From a virus (lineage: Duplodnaviria > Caudoviricetes): a DNA stretch of 61,582 nt. Positions within the stretch are counted from its first letter, which is position 1; every line of letters begins with the position of its first letter. The position numbers were made by a program, and so were the translations under genes. Of this stretch, positions 38,801 through 47,498 are shown piece after piece. The stretch lies in the IMG/VR virus record IMGVR_UViG_3300028393_000068, positions 1 through 61,582 of that record; one strand, given 5' to 3'. A model generated the notes under the pieces. It saw only the letters and a list, made by a program, of their open reading frames with translations, was not told where the DNA came from and did no database searches.

Positions 38801-39137
38801 CCAGCCCGTTGAAGGCAGGGGCACCCTTGATGAAGCGTATGACGCAATGCTTAATATCCAGCAGACCAAGGGCACGTTTAACCGTTTGGTTGAGCAGGGC
38901 AAGACAGCCGAAGCCCGTGCGTTTGCACAGGAGCACGCTGACAAATTGGGAGCAGCATCGGTGTCTGGCTCGGTACAGCAGAAGCTTGGCGAGTTTGCCA
39001 AAGCTCGCCGCCAGATTGAGGCATCGCCCAAAATGACCACAGAGCAAAAAGACGAGTTGTTGGAACGTATCGACAAGGCGCAGACAGATTACGCCCGTGC
39101 CTTTCTCAAGGTAGTCGATAGAACCACACGCCAGTAA
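32838..39137 (+). CDS. Large polyvalent ejection protein (zincin-like domain, LPD38-like C-terminus)
   Basis: 2099 aa; FHEIVGHYG; PFFNAQIQG, RVPIPFELG, IDYLIRGYTG. Confidence 0.75.
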   Translation: MPIYSVQGPDGRIYDIEGPEGASDAQVISALEEHLASQPKPKKGLLAALGKGAESTLSQLRTGVSGAFGSPEEAARAGLERGEEISGKYADQVSMDKVKEAFNKDGVAAAAKEVARQVPLAIAEQAPNLATSLGGARLGAMAGTALGPAGTVAGGVVGGLAGAFLPSLIQQYGGNIERQAQEQTARGEPININAGAAGAAAVPQAALDVAQAFIPFGGKLISKLTGIPEKAFFGKSAEQVAKLADEKLLATLAKGTATGVLAEVPTEIAQQMLERAQAGLSLTSPDAMKEYGQTAYQVGLLGPLGAVGRLSEKGAARDEVAARQAAEQEATAQTAQTAQIPAPQAVQPQLPAPEPMLALPAPTGPAPEQPAQEVAPTAVTETIRPGAVIGTTDTTRPVSAQTPSLNQAMEEHDRLKAQLASLQTQMQAAATAGDTAKVNELYAQYSPLETQLETSAQTVEGLGGVTQTAAELETQSKAALSSIDAKIKNAQKKLADAAQLGSFGELPKLSTKLDELKKERADLMDSFGQKRSVLEEKGINQAQRGQNRELFTAEEAPLPPTEKPEGPEQPTTVPGIAATPAEALEFKPKAIDTQYERPEGYGLQRVSDDKPIQLAMQKDPRQLDIFSPENIQRTEMTPAERVAADQRMAEATNMSAGRVSQYVRDAEKQRMTRALDTRLNLAGTETKRVVSDEQYDITMNNIDRLHNKVVLPIGNANKSWLQELYDAADVHNTLLEQAETNKSFGLQRKIKAALNRYNRVLAKITPVREQIEDMYKSMYEATPAAKASVVAEEKKKAGEEQLDTLKRRAAPTPEQVAKGEKGTPTGAVVSRAVKTTRRIESGDVRKEAEDSPQMRKLADTLGRQEPEFEKFSNNISKRAAAMREQYGKNDPEVTAFQLNMNAELNAKAFELGRKTPEYKATLAEQTDIVREALSQSKQETLSKRTVQETRKVRRAPTEDRTGSAESRVATEKKSLREAGSRLTKVQVEELVKAAYDSDIGTAYRLRQTEGGTIDAKEAADFMEKVQSKLPSNVKLVYAANAGKVPVKLLNRMFEEGIDPNNINVQGGVFRDGTVLVIGDQHADLKDLEATVFHEIVGHYGIDTIIGIERLQAYANKTDLRKLAEELGGEPLLKEVIETANFHAARGMSEEIQKLQVLREIIAHTEEARVTESFRQKAGRWLKEFVGMIRAGLRDLGFTSSSVLSTSDVFYALKQSRKAFENKTIGKYKDVNGQIAFRTKQEPTQYGASFIAKEKSLKDQLLGNIMGLTGRVQFVDKDAALSEAFKRGVADNAITSLEAQNAEFYLRFGQQRSQYAGQALTNGKLILRKGEGGGYVYDSVKGANMVEVAEALHKGKFANDSEAEAILTAYVAGERAKVKGWQKLNYENPALAEKEYNDVMRLLNSDKTKKDAVLEAARIYKEFNDGQIDFLVQTGAITEKLAKELKSVPYIPYYRVNSNSGNIELMVDRETPVRIGNVKTEPQLKELVGGNKNILPIFTSSVQNTFMLTDLALRNQMIKESAFLLQKMGIASALGEGSGPASDSTVRFKVNGKDHFVFIDKNVYGIPAELIIKGMEGIKTTMPAAIKMMGIPADILRSFVVKNPAYALRQVVRDPLNAWLTTGTDATPVLSSFKELASMVAGRSEVENKLMRSGAISSNVFTGDQRDASKFLKDITAGKSGWTKLMAKLDAFAMQGDAATRAVIYKDSLAKGMSEQAALLRTLESMNFSRRGLSPSMQALSIIIPFFNAQIQGLDVLYRAYTGQMPFSEQLKIKQKLVARGLMLAAGTMAYAAMMSDDEAYKRAKPEERYGNWFVYVPGFDEPLRVPIPFELGYLFKALPEAILDMASNDEKASKAVGGWLKLVAQTNPFSLPQAIKPITEVYLGKSFFGGDIESQREQKMLAGERSRESTSEFAKLLGSITGSETIKQITGKEGLSPISIDYLIRGYTGGLGLGVVQLANPILNMEMKEDVAKPTLKASKTPFIGGLFQPVEGRGTLDEAYDAMLNIQQTKGTFNRLVEQGKTAEARAFAQEHADKLGAASVSGSVQQKLGEFAKARRQIEASPKMTTEQKDELLERIDKAQTDYARAFLKVVDRTTRQ

Positions 39138-39300
39138 AGCCGTCCCTGATCCCGATCTTGGCTCGGGCATCAAACAAACGAAAGCCGAGAGCCTTATTCA
39201 AGCCCTCGGTTCTAGTAGCCGCAGTGTCGATGCAGGGGACAAAGAACCCCTGCCCCCTCTCAAGCCGCGGCCACGGATACTGGATTGATAACTTCTTCAT
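39106..39300 (-). CDS. Small conserved phage protein
   Basis: YPWPRLERGQGFFVPC...GVWFYR. Confidence 0.6.
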   Translation of the reverse strand: MKKLSIQYPWPRLERGQGFFVPCIDTAATRTEGLNKALGFRLFDARAKIGIRDGFTGVWFYRLP

Positions 39301-42223
39301 CCAAGCTAGAAATTTCTCTCGAAATTTTCATGGTGGACACCCGCATGGGTGGGCCACTGGTTCTTGCCATCAGGTCTTTCTTAGGCATGTAGGACACTAC
39401 AAATTGTTTCTCAAGCTGACGCTTAAAGTCAGCGTAGCCAAAGCTCATATTGGAGCAGAAGGTTTTTAGCAAGCGTTCCTCAATAAAGAAGTCAACGTGG
39501 TTGGCTGTTACGCCGTGCTCCACCCGCCCCATAACTACCGATCGGGTAGTAGAGGAGTCAATCAAAGCGGTATCCCCAAGCAGGGCACTGGCGCCTGACC
39601 TAGCGTTGAAACGTACCACTACGAACTTGCCGTAGTTCTCTTGGATGAAGCCGTTGAGCACATCTTCTGCGTTGCGCTTGCTTGTCCTGACTGTGCCCCG
39701 TGCCACGTTGACACGGCCTTTCAAGAATTCCTTGATCTCATTGAGTGGGAAGTCAACAATGTTTAGATACTTATTGCCGAGTATTGCCCCTGCCGTCATG
39801 ATCGTGCCCACACCCGCCATCCAGAAGCGTTCGTCATTGGTAGCGTTGAAATCCTTGTAGCAGTTGCGCACAACATCAGGCACAAGGGTCTTGAGCATCG
39901 GTACATTCTTGGCCAAGAACTCAGCCAATTCATGACCAACCACGCCGTAGTTTTCTTGCAACGACTTGATAACTTCAATCTCGTGGGGCTCCCATGACAA
40001 CTCTTCGTCCATGACAAACTCCAGAACACGACGCATCTCGCCTTCTGACGAGTGCTTGCGTGAACCTGTTAAGTAGTCCACGACGTGGGTATTGGAGGAC
40101 ATGATGGCCACTGTCTGCCAGATAGAAAGGTTCAAGCGTTCCTTGTTAGCGCCTGACTCCATACGCTCCTTGCCGCGACCCTCGGTCATGTCCAGTAAGA
40201 ACTCAGGAAACCACTCAGAATCCTTGCGGTTCTTGGCGGTGATCTCATCTGTCACCAAGGGCAGACTTTGCAGTAGACCAAGGCGTTGCTGCATTGCAAC
40301 AGGCGAAGTGCTCTTACCCGTGCGGTAGTGCGTTGGGTGACCCCAGATCGAAGCCGCCCCTTCCAGTGCCAGCGACTTACCTGTACCGGACTCAGTAGAG
40401 CCGCAGTGGTAGGTCATGCCGTAGATACCTGTGAAGCGCATGAAGGGTGCGCTAGCCCCCGCCAGAACAACAGACAGATGACCATATAGCTTCTTTGCTA
40501 TAAGCATCTTGATGAACGTCACCCAGTTCTCGATCGAGCCTTTGGGTTTGGTGTTGGCCACAATGTTCTCTAAGCCGGGCATCGGCACTTCCACAGGCGC
40601 GGCTGTAGCACTGTAAATCTTGCCTGCATATACAAACATACCGTTCTCTTGCCAGCCGTAGTTAGCCGGTACTTTGACGGGCGACTTGTCGTTGCTCATC
40701 TTCTCAACGCTTGCACGTACGTAGTCAAACAAATTCTTATCATTGCCTCGACCAAAAGCCGCCACAATATTTTGGTTGGCCAGTGCCTTGACCGTTTCGT
40801 CTTGGCTTACAACAGCCTTCTGTGCCATCGTGATGTTCTGTACGCCCTCACGCCTGATGGCCATGAAGTGAACTGTGTGCTCTCCGTTGTGACTCAAGAT
40901 GTCCACAGGGAAAAGATCGTAGGGAATAATCAAAACGTTGCGTGTAACCTTGTTGCCCTGCGCATCTTCGTCTTCCTTCTGAATAAAAATGCCGCCACGC
41001 TCACCGTAAGCGTAGCCACGGGGTGCTTCAGGGCGAAGCACTTTCTTGACTTCCTCATCCATTGCAACGCGGGGCAACTCCACCACGCTTTCCACCGTCG
41101 TCACTGACATCTCGCGCCCAAAGATCAGCGGGTTTGTAATCTTGCCCCAATGCGGGCAACTTGGGCAGACTCCGGGGTTCTCCGAGTCCATCTTGGTGCA
41201 AGGATATGGGCCTTTGATCTCAGCCAACTTGGTCTTCATGCGGTCTTCGCTGTACGGGTGCATGTCGCTGATCCACTTCGATGCACCTTCGCCATCCACA
41301 CAGACCTTTGTCCACGACAAAATGCCGCGCCACAGGGGTTCCATCCCATCTTCGTCAGCGTGCTCCACGTAGTGTGCGATCTGACCACAGCCTGTACCTG
41401 CACGGGTCTTGACCACGATGTTCTTGAAGCGCGTAACGCTGTTCTCAAACAACTTGACTTGCCCTGCGCTTGGTGCGGCTGGCCTAGTACCGGGGAGTTC
41501 AACCACATTGCTGGGTTGCTTGGCTTGGACTTCATACTGCGTACCGATCAGGTTCTTCTCCACCACTGCGCGGATGTCGGCCAACTCAAACATAGCACCT
41601 TCGCTCATGAAGCGCACGTTAGTCTGCTCCCGAACCTTCTTCTTGTTCTTGATGCCAGTATTGATCGTGGCAGGGATGCGCAGAACGCGGGATGCGTCTG
41701 ACGTCACTGTTGGGTCAATGTCCAGTTTATTTTGGTAGCACATGCGCTTGAACGCCTCGGCCACAGGCTTCCACTCGTTGACATCCACGGCTTCGGTTAG
41801 CGGCCAGTATGCGTGCACACCACCGCCAGACGCCACCATCCATGGGTCGCCCATAGCAGACAGCCCTGTAGTCTCCGCAAAATCCATGATGGCCTGTGCC
41901 GCCAACTTTGCACTAGCGTATGCCTTGGGTTTAATTAGTCCCGTTTTGGGATCAGGCAAGTCTTTGGGATGGTTGCAGTCCACGTCGATGGCAAAGGTCT
42001 TGACCATGTGCACATTCTCAGCAGTCCGATTGTTGTCGTCCCCGAATGTACCTAACCCAAAGTAAATATCTTCACCCGATTGCTTCCATCTGTCGATGAA
42101 AGGCTGTGCTTCCTCCAGTGTGTGAACATAAGCATGTTCTTTTTTTCTCGAAAGTTCCACCACGCAATAGCGCCCGTTTCCGGGCGGTGGCAAAACAGCC
42201 GCTACAAACTCAAGCGGTTCCAT
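39260..42223 (-). CDS. Primase-helicase (AEP-like primase plus DUF927/P-loop)
   Basis: DVD and SGGGVHAYW, RVLRIP primase motifs; ESGTGKS Walker A; VTDE Walker B. Confidence 0.85.
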   Translation of the reverse strand: MEPLEFVAAVLPPPGNGRYCVVELSRKKEHAYVHTLEEAQPFIDRWKQSGEDIYFGLGTFGDDNNRTAENVHMVKTFAIDVDCNHPKDLPDPKTGLIKPKAYASAKLAAQAIMDFAETTGLSAMGDPWMVASGGGVHAYWPLTEAVDVNEWKPVAEAFKRMCYQNKLDIDPTVTSDASRVLRIPATINTGIKNKKKVREQTNVRFMSEGAMFELADIRAVVEKNLIGTQYEVQAKQPSNVVELPGTRPAAPSAGQVKLFENSVTRFKNIVVKTRAGTGCGQIAHYVEHADEDGMEPLWRGILSWTKVCVDGEGASKWISDMHPYSEDRMKTKLAEIKGPYPCTKMDSENPGVCPSCPHWGKITNPLIFGREMSVTTVESVVELPRVAMDEEVKKVLRPEAPRGYAYGERGGIFIQKEDEDAQGNKVTRNVLIIPYDLFPVDILSHNGEHTVHFMAIRREGVQNITMAQKAVVSQDETVKALANQNIVAAFGRGNDKNLFDYVRASVEKMSNDKSPVKVPANYGWQENGMFVYAGKIYSATAAPVEVPMPGLENIVANTKPKGSIENWVTFIKMLIAKKLYGHLSVVLAGASAPFMRFTGIYGMTYHCGSTESGTGKSLALEGAASIWGHPTHYRTGKSTSPVAMQQRLGLLQSLPLVTDEITAKNRKDSEWFPEFLLDMTEGRGKERMESGANKERLNLSIWQTVAIMSSNTHVVDYLTGSRKHSSEGEMRRVLEFVMDEELSWEPHEIEVIKSLQENYGVVGHELAEFLAKNVPMLKTLVPDVVRNCYKDFNATNDERFWMAGVGTIMTAGAILGNKYLNIVDFPLNEIKEFLKGRVNVARGTVRTSKRNAEDVLNGFIQENYGKFVVVRFNARSGASALLGDTALIDSSTTRSVVMGRVEHGVTANHVDFFIEERLLKTFCSNMSFGYADFKRQLEKQFVVSYMPKKDLMARTSGPPMRVSTMKISREISSLDEEVINPVSVAAA

Positions 42224-42238
42224 ATTTGTCCGCCTTAA

Positions 42239-42421
42239 TCAGAAAAGGTTTTGTTGGTTTGGGTCAATGAACGGGTGTTCGTCTGTGGGGGCGGTTGCTA
42301 CAAATCGGCGCAGTAATTCTTTCTGCCAGTCCTTTGGCATACCAAACGGGTCATCCACCGCATCAGCGCAGTAGTTGATGAGTTCCCTGTTAGTCAGGGC
42401 TCTAGGTTGTATTCCTTGCAT
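42239..42421 (-). CDS. Hypothetical protein
   Basis: SD GGAG before ATG 42421; packed in operon. Confidence 0.6.
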   Translation of the reverse strand: MQGIQPRALTNRELINYCADAVDDPFGMPKDWQKELLRRFVATAPTDEHPFIDPNQQNLF

Positions 42422-42672
42422 ATTTTTCTCCATGCTTGTTGTGCGTCCGTTGAGGACTTCATTATTTCTAAGAGGAGTTCTACGCGGTTTTGATACGCGA
42501 CAAAAACATCCTTACCTTCGAACCAGTTGTACACAGTTTGGCGTGTGACCCCGAGCGCATAAGCAATCTTCGTCACAGGGAAATCCAAATAGATCGCCCA
42601 ACGCCCAAGCTGATTGCCCGGCGTTTTCTTTGCAGCCATGACTGCGTCAATTACTTTTTGTGAATAGGCCAT
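42394..42672 (-). CDS. Cro/XRE-like HTH DNA-binding protein
   Basis: VTKIAYALGVTRQTVYNWFEG. Confidence 0.8.
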   Translation of the reverse strand: MAYSQKVIDAVMAAKKTPGNQLGRWAIYLDFPVTKIAYALGVTRQTVYNWFEGKDVFVAYQNRVELLLEIMKSSTDAQQAWRKICKEYNLEP

Positions 42673-42684
42673 AGTGTTTTAGGT

Positions 42685-42750
42685 GGGGGTACCGGAATGA
42701 CAAGTCGTCCGCAAGCTTTCGAAAAGCATACCTTGTCAAACTTTCCCCCC
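42685..42750 (-). ncRNA. Candidate structured intergenic element
   Basis: Nested stems GGGGG/CCCCC, TGACAAG/CTTGTCA, GCTTT/AAAGC. Confidence 0.45.
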
Positions 42751-42757
42751 GATTTAA

Positions 42758-43726
42758 TTACTCATCGTCCCAATCGGACACGATGTCAGCCAGCTTACCT
42801 TTTTTGGCAGGCACAGCCGACGGCTTCGCAGACTCCTTACGGACTTCTGGTTCAGCATCTTCCTCTACCTCGGCAGGCTTGGCTTTCGCTTTTGCCTTGG
42901 CCGCGATGGGCTCGTATGCTGGAGCGTCTTCTTCCTTGGTCAACTCACCCATGGGGCGTGTGCCTTCGATCTTCAAAGGGGCAGGAGCAGGCTTTACACC
43001 ATCAGAAGCGGCAACAGTCATGACGACTGCACGCTTGGCTTCATCGCTCTCGCCTTGAGTCTTGACGATCTCATACTCTTCTGGAGTTAACCAACGATTG
43101 GGCGCGAAGTGCAATTTGGGCGCTTCTGCTTTCGTATCAAACTTCATACGAGTCACAACCATCTCAGGGCTGATAGGTGGGTTCTGCATGGCCAAGTTGC
43201 GAGCGAAGGCTTGCAGTGGGCGCTTGTCTCCGTCTTCCTTACCAAACACCGAAGTGGCTGGCAAAGTCAACTGCAACACTACACCTTCAATGTTGTTCTC
43301 AAGCACCACAGCCAAGCGTTGTTGGTAGCGGCAGGCGCGGCTGTTGCCTTGACCTGAACCTGCAATATTCTGAGTGCATGACATGCAAGTTGTAGCTTGC
43401 TTGTTCTCAGCGGATGCGTCTGGACGATCACCATCGTTGCTCCAGCAGTCAGGGCCAGTGATGTTGTCACCGTCATAAGACTTAGCGTAGAAAATGCGGC
43501 TGACCTTGGGGGCAGCCTTGACGATGATGACGTCCAAAAAACGTTCGTCGATAGCGGCAATCTCCTTGCCACCGGCCAGCAAACGAAACACACCACCTTT
43601 GATGGAGATGCGCTGTGTGCTGTTGCCTACGCCGCCACCCGTCAGGGCTTTGGCTGTCTCAGATAACTCGTGGTTGCGTGCGAACGCGGGAGCATTGGAG
43701 GTGTTAAATAGTGCGATATTTGTCAT
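42758..43726 (-). CDS. Putative ssDNA-binding/annealing protein
   Basis: Cys cluster PDCWS...CMSC...ACR; acidic end DWDDE; located in replication module. Confidence 0.6.
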   Translation of the reverse strand: MTNIALFNTSNAPAFARNHELSETAKALTGGGVGNSTQRISIKGGVFRLLAGGKEIAAIDERFLDVIIVKAAPKVSRIFYAKSYDGDNITGPDCWSNDGDRPDASAENKQATTCMSCTQNIAGSGQGNSRACRYQQRLAVVLENNIEGVVLQLTLPATSVFGKEDGDKRPLQAFARNLAMQNPPISPEMVVTRMKFDTKAEAPKLHFAPNRWLTPEEYEIVKTQGESDEAKRAVVMTVAASDGVKPAPAPLKIEGTRPMGELTKEEDAPAYEPIAAKAKAKAKPAEVEEDAEPEVRKESAKPSAVPAKKGKLADIVSDWDDE

Positions 43727-43733
43727 GATAAAT

Positions 43734-44147
43734 TTACTTGGTTGGTTTAGTTACGCGAATCTCAAACTCCGTTACAGAGTTCAAGCCCGGCGGGAGAGAG
43801 CCCGGGTTCTCTTCGAGGTACCGTGCCATGTTGGTTTGCGCGATGCGTTTCTCCAGCAAGTCCACGACTTCATGCTCAAGAATAAACTTCTTGAATGAGT
43901 CCCAGTCTTGCGTGTTGTAACGCGTCTTGGTCACCATTGCCACAGTCCCAAAGGAAGTCTGCACGGACTTAACGCCCATGGCCTTCATTTGGTCTTTCAT
44001 CGCAAAGCGAACTTCATCTTGCTGTGCCTTCAGAGTCTCGATCTCAGTGTCGTACTCTTGGGTCAAGCGGTCGATGCGCTCCTTGATTTTGCGATAGATT
44101 TTTGCGAGCCTGTCCATTGGAATTGGCTCTTGGGTTTCTTCAGACAT
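43734..44147 (-). CDS. Conserved coiled-coil replication-module protein
   Basis: DWDSF..FI...LLEKRI...PPGL motif. Confidence 0.65.
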   Translation of the reverse strand: MSEETQEPIPMDRLAKIYRKIKERIDRLTQEYDTEIETLKAQQDEVRFAMKDQMKAMGVKSVQTSFGTVAMVTKTRYNTQDWDSFKKFILEHEVVDLLEKRIAQTNMARYLEENPGSLPPGLNSVTEFEIRVTKPTK

Positions 44148-44171
44148 TGTGCTTTCTCCTGTGTTTGTTTT

Positions 44172-44187
44172 TGTCTAAGGTTTGACA
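44172..44187. promoter_or_regulatory. Operator-like site TGTCTAAGGTTTGACA
   Basis: Member of the TGTCTAA-N2-TTAGACA family; next to the -10-like TAAACT of a leftward promoter. Confidence 0.55.
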
Positions 44188-44221
44188 GTTTACATAATTT
44201 TTAACTCAATACAACCCCCTT

Positions 44222-45781
44222 TCATGAATTTATTTCTGTGTCGAACATCTCGGTAAGTAAAGAGTTATCACTTACTTTGTCTTGTAATGCTTTAAACATC
44301 TTCTTCTCAATCGGGCTACCCTGAATGTGTATCACAGTAACTTTGTCGGAGTCTTGACCTTTGCGGTCGGCTCGTGCTATGCACTGCACGTATTGCTCCA
44401 CGCTCATGAGTGGCCCATAAAAAATCACCGTGTCTGCGGCTGTTAGGGTAATCCCGTGTGCAGTAGCTTGCGGTTGCATCACCAATACGCGAGGCTCTGA
44501 CTCGTTTTGGAATCGCCTGATAATGTCTGCGCGTTTGGGCGGTGTCACACTGCCGTGGATGCACTCGTTTGGTATACCTCGGTTTGAGAGGTGCGTGTGT
44601 ATCGTGTCGATGATGCTTCGGAACAGAGCAAAGATGATGACCTTACGCGTTGTCTCTTCCAAGATTTCCTCCAGTACACCAAGGCGAGGCGCTGAGTCAA
44701 ACTCCACAACTTCCTTGTCGTCTGTGTAGGCCGCACCACAACTGATCTGCAAGAGCTTGGATACCCCTGCGGCGGCGTTGACTGCACTGATTGTCTCGCC
44801 TGCCGCGTACACCATCATTTTGTCTTTAAGAAGGTTGTAGTACTTGGCCTGTTGGGGGGTCAAAGCGATCTCCCGCGTCATGGTGATAACAGGGGGTAAA
44901 TCCAAACACGCTTCTTTTGTGAAGCGTATTGCTGGCTGTAGCGCTTCATGTACCAATTCTGGTGCGTTTGCTTTTGCCGCCCACTTAAACAGCGTTACCT
45001 TGTGCATGACCTGATCTCGCCATGCCGTGAAGAACTTGGGCACACCTTCGGGGTTGACCAACTTGGCCAAGCCGTACGCATCAGCAGGCGACTGCGATGC
45101 GGGCGTGCCTGTCATCATCCACAGGAAGGTGTTGGGCTTGATGATGGACTTGAGCGTCTTCCAACGTTTGGTTGTAATTGTCTTGTACGCATTAGCTTCG
45201 TCAACAATTACCAAGTCAAAGCGGCCATCATTATTGATCTCGTCAGCAATTAGATTTAACCCATCGTAGTTGGCGATTACAAATTCGTAATCTTGCTGAA
45301 CCATCTCGATACGGCGACTAGCCTGCGCATGGTGCGCGACGATGGCAGAGCGATGGATGATGCTGTTGTTCAAGTCACCAAGCCACGCAGACTGCATGAT
45401 CGACAAGGGGCACAGTATTAAACAACGCCTGACTTCACCACGTTGCATCAGGTAGTCAGCCGCCCACAGCGCAGATAAAGTTTTACCAGTACCCGGCTCG
45501 CTAAACACAAAGGCTTTACGGTTAAGCGTTAAGAAAGACGATGTATCTTTTTGGTGAGCCATGGGTGTATATTTACCCGGCCAGTTATATCTCCTAGTGA
45601 TAGGCGACTGAATGTTTTTCACACCAAGATTGCGCAGTACCCGACATTCATCAAGACCCCAATACACAGCCACGTCGTAGCCACCATCTATACGCTCGAT
45701 GATTTTGTGTTTTGGGATTACCTGATACTTCTCTGGGTTACGGGTGCGAAAGACAAGTGCTTTGTCTTCGATGATTTCCAT
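44222..45781 (-). CDS. SNF2-family helicase
   Basis: EPGTGKT, IVDEA, MTGTP, HGITLT, QCIARADRKGQ. Confidence 0.9.
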   Translation of the reverse strand: MEIIEDKALVFRTRNPEKYQVIPKHKIIERIDGGYDVAVYWGLDECRVLRNLGVKNIQSPITRRYNWPGKYTPMAHQKDTSSFLTLNRKAFVFSEPGTGKTLSALWAADYLMQRGEVRRCLILCPLSIMQSAWLGDLNNSIIHRSAIVAHHAQASRRIEMVQQDYEFVIANYDGLNLIADEINNDGRFDLVIVDEANAYKTITTKRWKTLKSIIKPNTFLWMMTGTPASQSPADAYGLAKLVNPEGVPKFFTAWRDQVMHKVTLFKWAAKANAPELVHEALQPAIRFTKEACLDLPPVITMTREIALTPQQAKYYNLLKDKMMVYAAGETISAVNAAAGVSKLLQISCGAAYTDDKEVVEFDSAPRLGVLEEILEETTRKVIIFALFRSIIDTIHTHLSNRGIPNECIHGSVTPPKRADIIRRFQNESEPRVLVMQPQATAHGITLTAADTVIFYGPLMSVEQYVQCIARADRKGQDSDKVTVIHIQGSPIEKKMFKALQDKVSDNSLLTEMFDTEINS

Positions 45782-45792
45782 GCTTTCTCCGT

Positions 45793-46026
45793 TTATTTAT
45801 TATCTGATCTGTTCGCTGACTTACTTCGCATACGAAGGTTACCCTTCGCTGACGTACCGCCTGAGCGCATGGGCTTGATGTGATCTACATCTTTGCCGTC
45901 ACCCTTGGTGGCCGCACCCGTCTTCTCCATCACGCGGCGAGCCTTGACTCGCTCTGCACGTTTCTTGATCTGCTCGGGTGTGCCTTGGTAGTTGTCGTAC
46001 TCACTGCGGTAGTTGCGTGTGGCCAT
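45793..46026 (-). CDS. Small HNH endonuclease
   Basis: DVDHIKP..SGG...NLR...ANRSDN. Confidence 0.8.
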   Translation of the reverse strand: MATRNYRSEYDNYQGTPEQIKKRAERVKARRVMEKTGAATKGDGKDVDHIKPMRSGGTSAKGNLRMRSKSANRSDNK

Positions 46027-46028
46027 GA

Positions 46029-46499
46029 TTATTCCTTTATTCCGTGAAATTTTTCAATCGCTCTTGTGTAGTTAAACAAGTGCAAACCTGTGGACATCAA
46101 GTCCGTTCTTGTAAAACCTGCTTCGTAAGCTAGTTTTGTCATTTCCAACTCTGATATTACACCGCCTTCCCTGAGTACTTGCTTTCGTGCTTTGCGATAT
46201 TCGTTGCGGCAGTGACTACATAAAATCGTGCAGCTATCGTCCGTCAACGAGAACTCTATCCACTCTTGCTTGAGGTTGTCGTTAAGGTAGTGTGTGCCGT
46301 CCGCATCCCTGTCAAGAACAAAGTCGGTCACCTTCGCTTCAAACGCATTCATCAACGTGTCTAACGTCCTGACTCGATATAGTTTGACGTTTGTAACAGC
46401 GCATGCTTCGCACTCGCCATCATCCAGAGGGTTATCCGCATCATGTGCTTCTAGTGCTTTTCGTACAACTCGGTACATGATGCTGTCTCGTCGTCCCAT
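46029..46499 (-). CDS. Hypothetical Zn-binding protein
   Basis: CEAC and CSHC pairs; SD GGAGG. Confidence 0.6.
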   Translation of the reverse strand: MGRRDSIMYRVVRKALEAHDADNPLDDGECEACAVTNVKLYRVRTLDTLMNAFEAKVTDFVLDRDADGTHYLNDNLKQEWIEFSLTDDSCTILCSHCRNEYRKARKQVLREGGVISELEMTKLAYEAGFTRTDLMSTGLHLFNYTRAIEKFHGIKE

Positions 46500-46507
46500 A
46501 CAGCCTC

Positions 46508-46819
46508 CTAATGTTTAACAGGGGGTTTAAATAATTCGGCGAGAGAGACGTCAGACTCAATCGTCATCAAGCGTACCATCTCGGGCGCTATCTGTTCTAC
46601 GATTGCTTTTGCTTCAAAGTTTGCTTTCTCTGCTTGCTTTGAGAGTTGTTTGACGATAGTTACCATGACAGCGCCTTCTGTTCTGTCCTTGAGCGAGTTC
46701 TTGTTCTTCTCAAACGCGTCAAGCAACGCTTCGGCCATGTTGTTGGCTTTTAGCGTCCAGATGTTTACTGTACGGCCTTCGTCTGAATCTGACACGACGT
46801 CAATGTCATATACGTTCAT
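46508..46819 (-). CDS. Hypothetical protein
   Basis: SD AAGGAG before ATG 46819. Confidence 0.6.
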   Translation of the reverse strand: MNVYDIDVVSDSDEGRTVNIWTLKANNMAEALLDAFEKNKNSLKDRTEGAVMVTIVKQLSKQAEKANFEAKAIVEQIAPEMVRLMTIESDVSLAELFKPPVKH

Positions 46820-46829
46820 AGTTTTCTCC

Positions 46830-47498
46830 TTAATGTTTTGGGTGATTTTCACAGGTTGTTACGGGGCACCAAGGACACAGCGGTGAGGGTCTTGGGTTCC
46901 ATACGCCTGAAGCATGCGCTTGCTCAATCCTTGCTACGCGTTGGCGATACTGCCACCACTCTGCATCGGCTTGGTCAACAGTGTAGGCCGCTTTAACCAT
47001 ATCGTTCTTGACAACAAACAGCAGTGCTGCGTTGACCTTTCTGATATGTGGAAAGTGTGCAAACACCATGAGCGCCATCAGTTTAAGTTGCTCTCGATCT
47101 GGATACTTGTTGTTGCCTGTCTTGTAGTCCACAACCCAACAAGTCAAGTTGTCGTCGTCAATGATAAGCAAGTCAGCAATGCCGCGAAGCCACACATCCT
47201 TGCCAAGAAACTCACAAGGTTGCAAGTCCACAGTCAACCCCATCTTGTGCTCGCACAACTTCCTTCCGGGCTTGGCGTTTAGGGCGTCGAGTGTATCCTT
47301 GATGTACTCAAACTCTTTGGGAATAGGCTTACCCTCTTTGATGTAGAGTTCAGCCGCCTCGTGTAGTACCGTGCCGTAGCGCGTCGCTTCAGTCTCTTGG
47401 AACTTGTAGTTCTTCAAGACCTTGACTTCGTGATACCTACGGGCACAGCCCTCGTAATCCTTGAGGGATGAGTGGCTCCATGTAATTGGCTTGGTCAT
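46830..47498 (-). CDS. PD-(D/E)XK exonuclease (Cas4/RecB-like)
   Basis: SHS...C, GTVLH, RGIADL, DYKTG, QL, CPWCP...C. Confidence 0.88.
   Translation of the reverse strand: MTKPITWSHSSLKDYEGCARRYHEVKVLKNYKFQETEATRYGTVLHEAAELYIKEGKPIPKEFEYIKDTLDALNAKPGRKLCEHKMGLTVDLQPCEFLGKDVWLRGIADLLIIDDDNLTCWVVDYKTGNNKYPDREQLKLMALMVFAHFPHIRKVNAALLFVVKNDMVKAAYTVDQADAEWWQYRQRVARIEQAHASGVWNPRPSPLCPWCPVTTCENHPKH

Noticed and set aside
46830-47498. CRISPR-Cas component
   Set aside because: Stand-alone Cas4-like phage exonuclease; no array or other cas genes.
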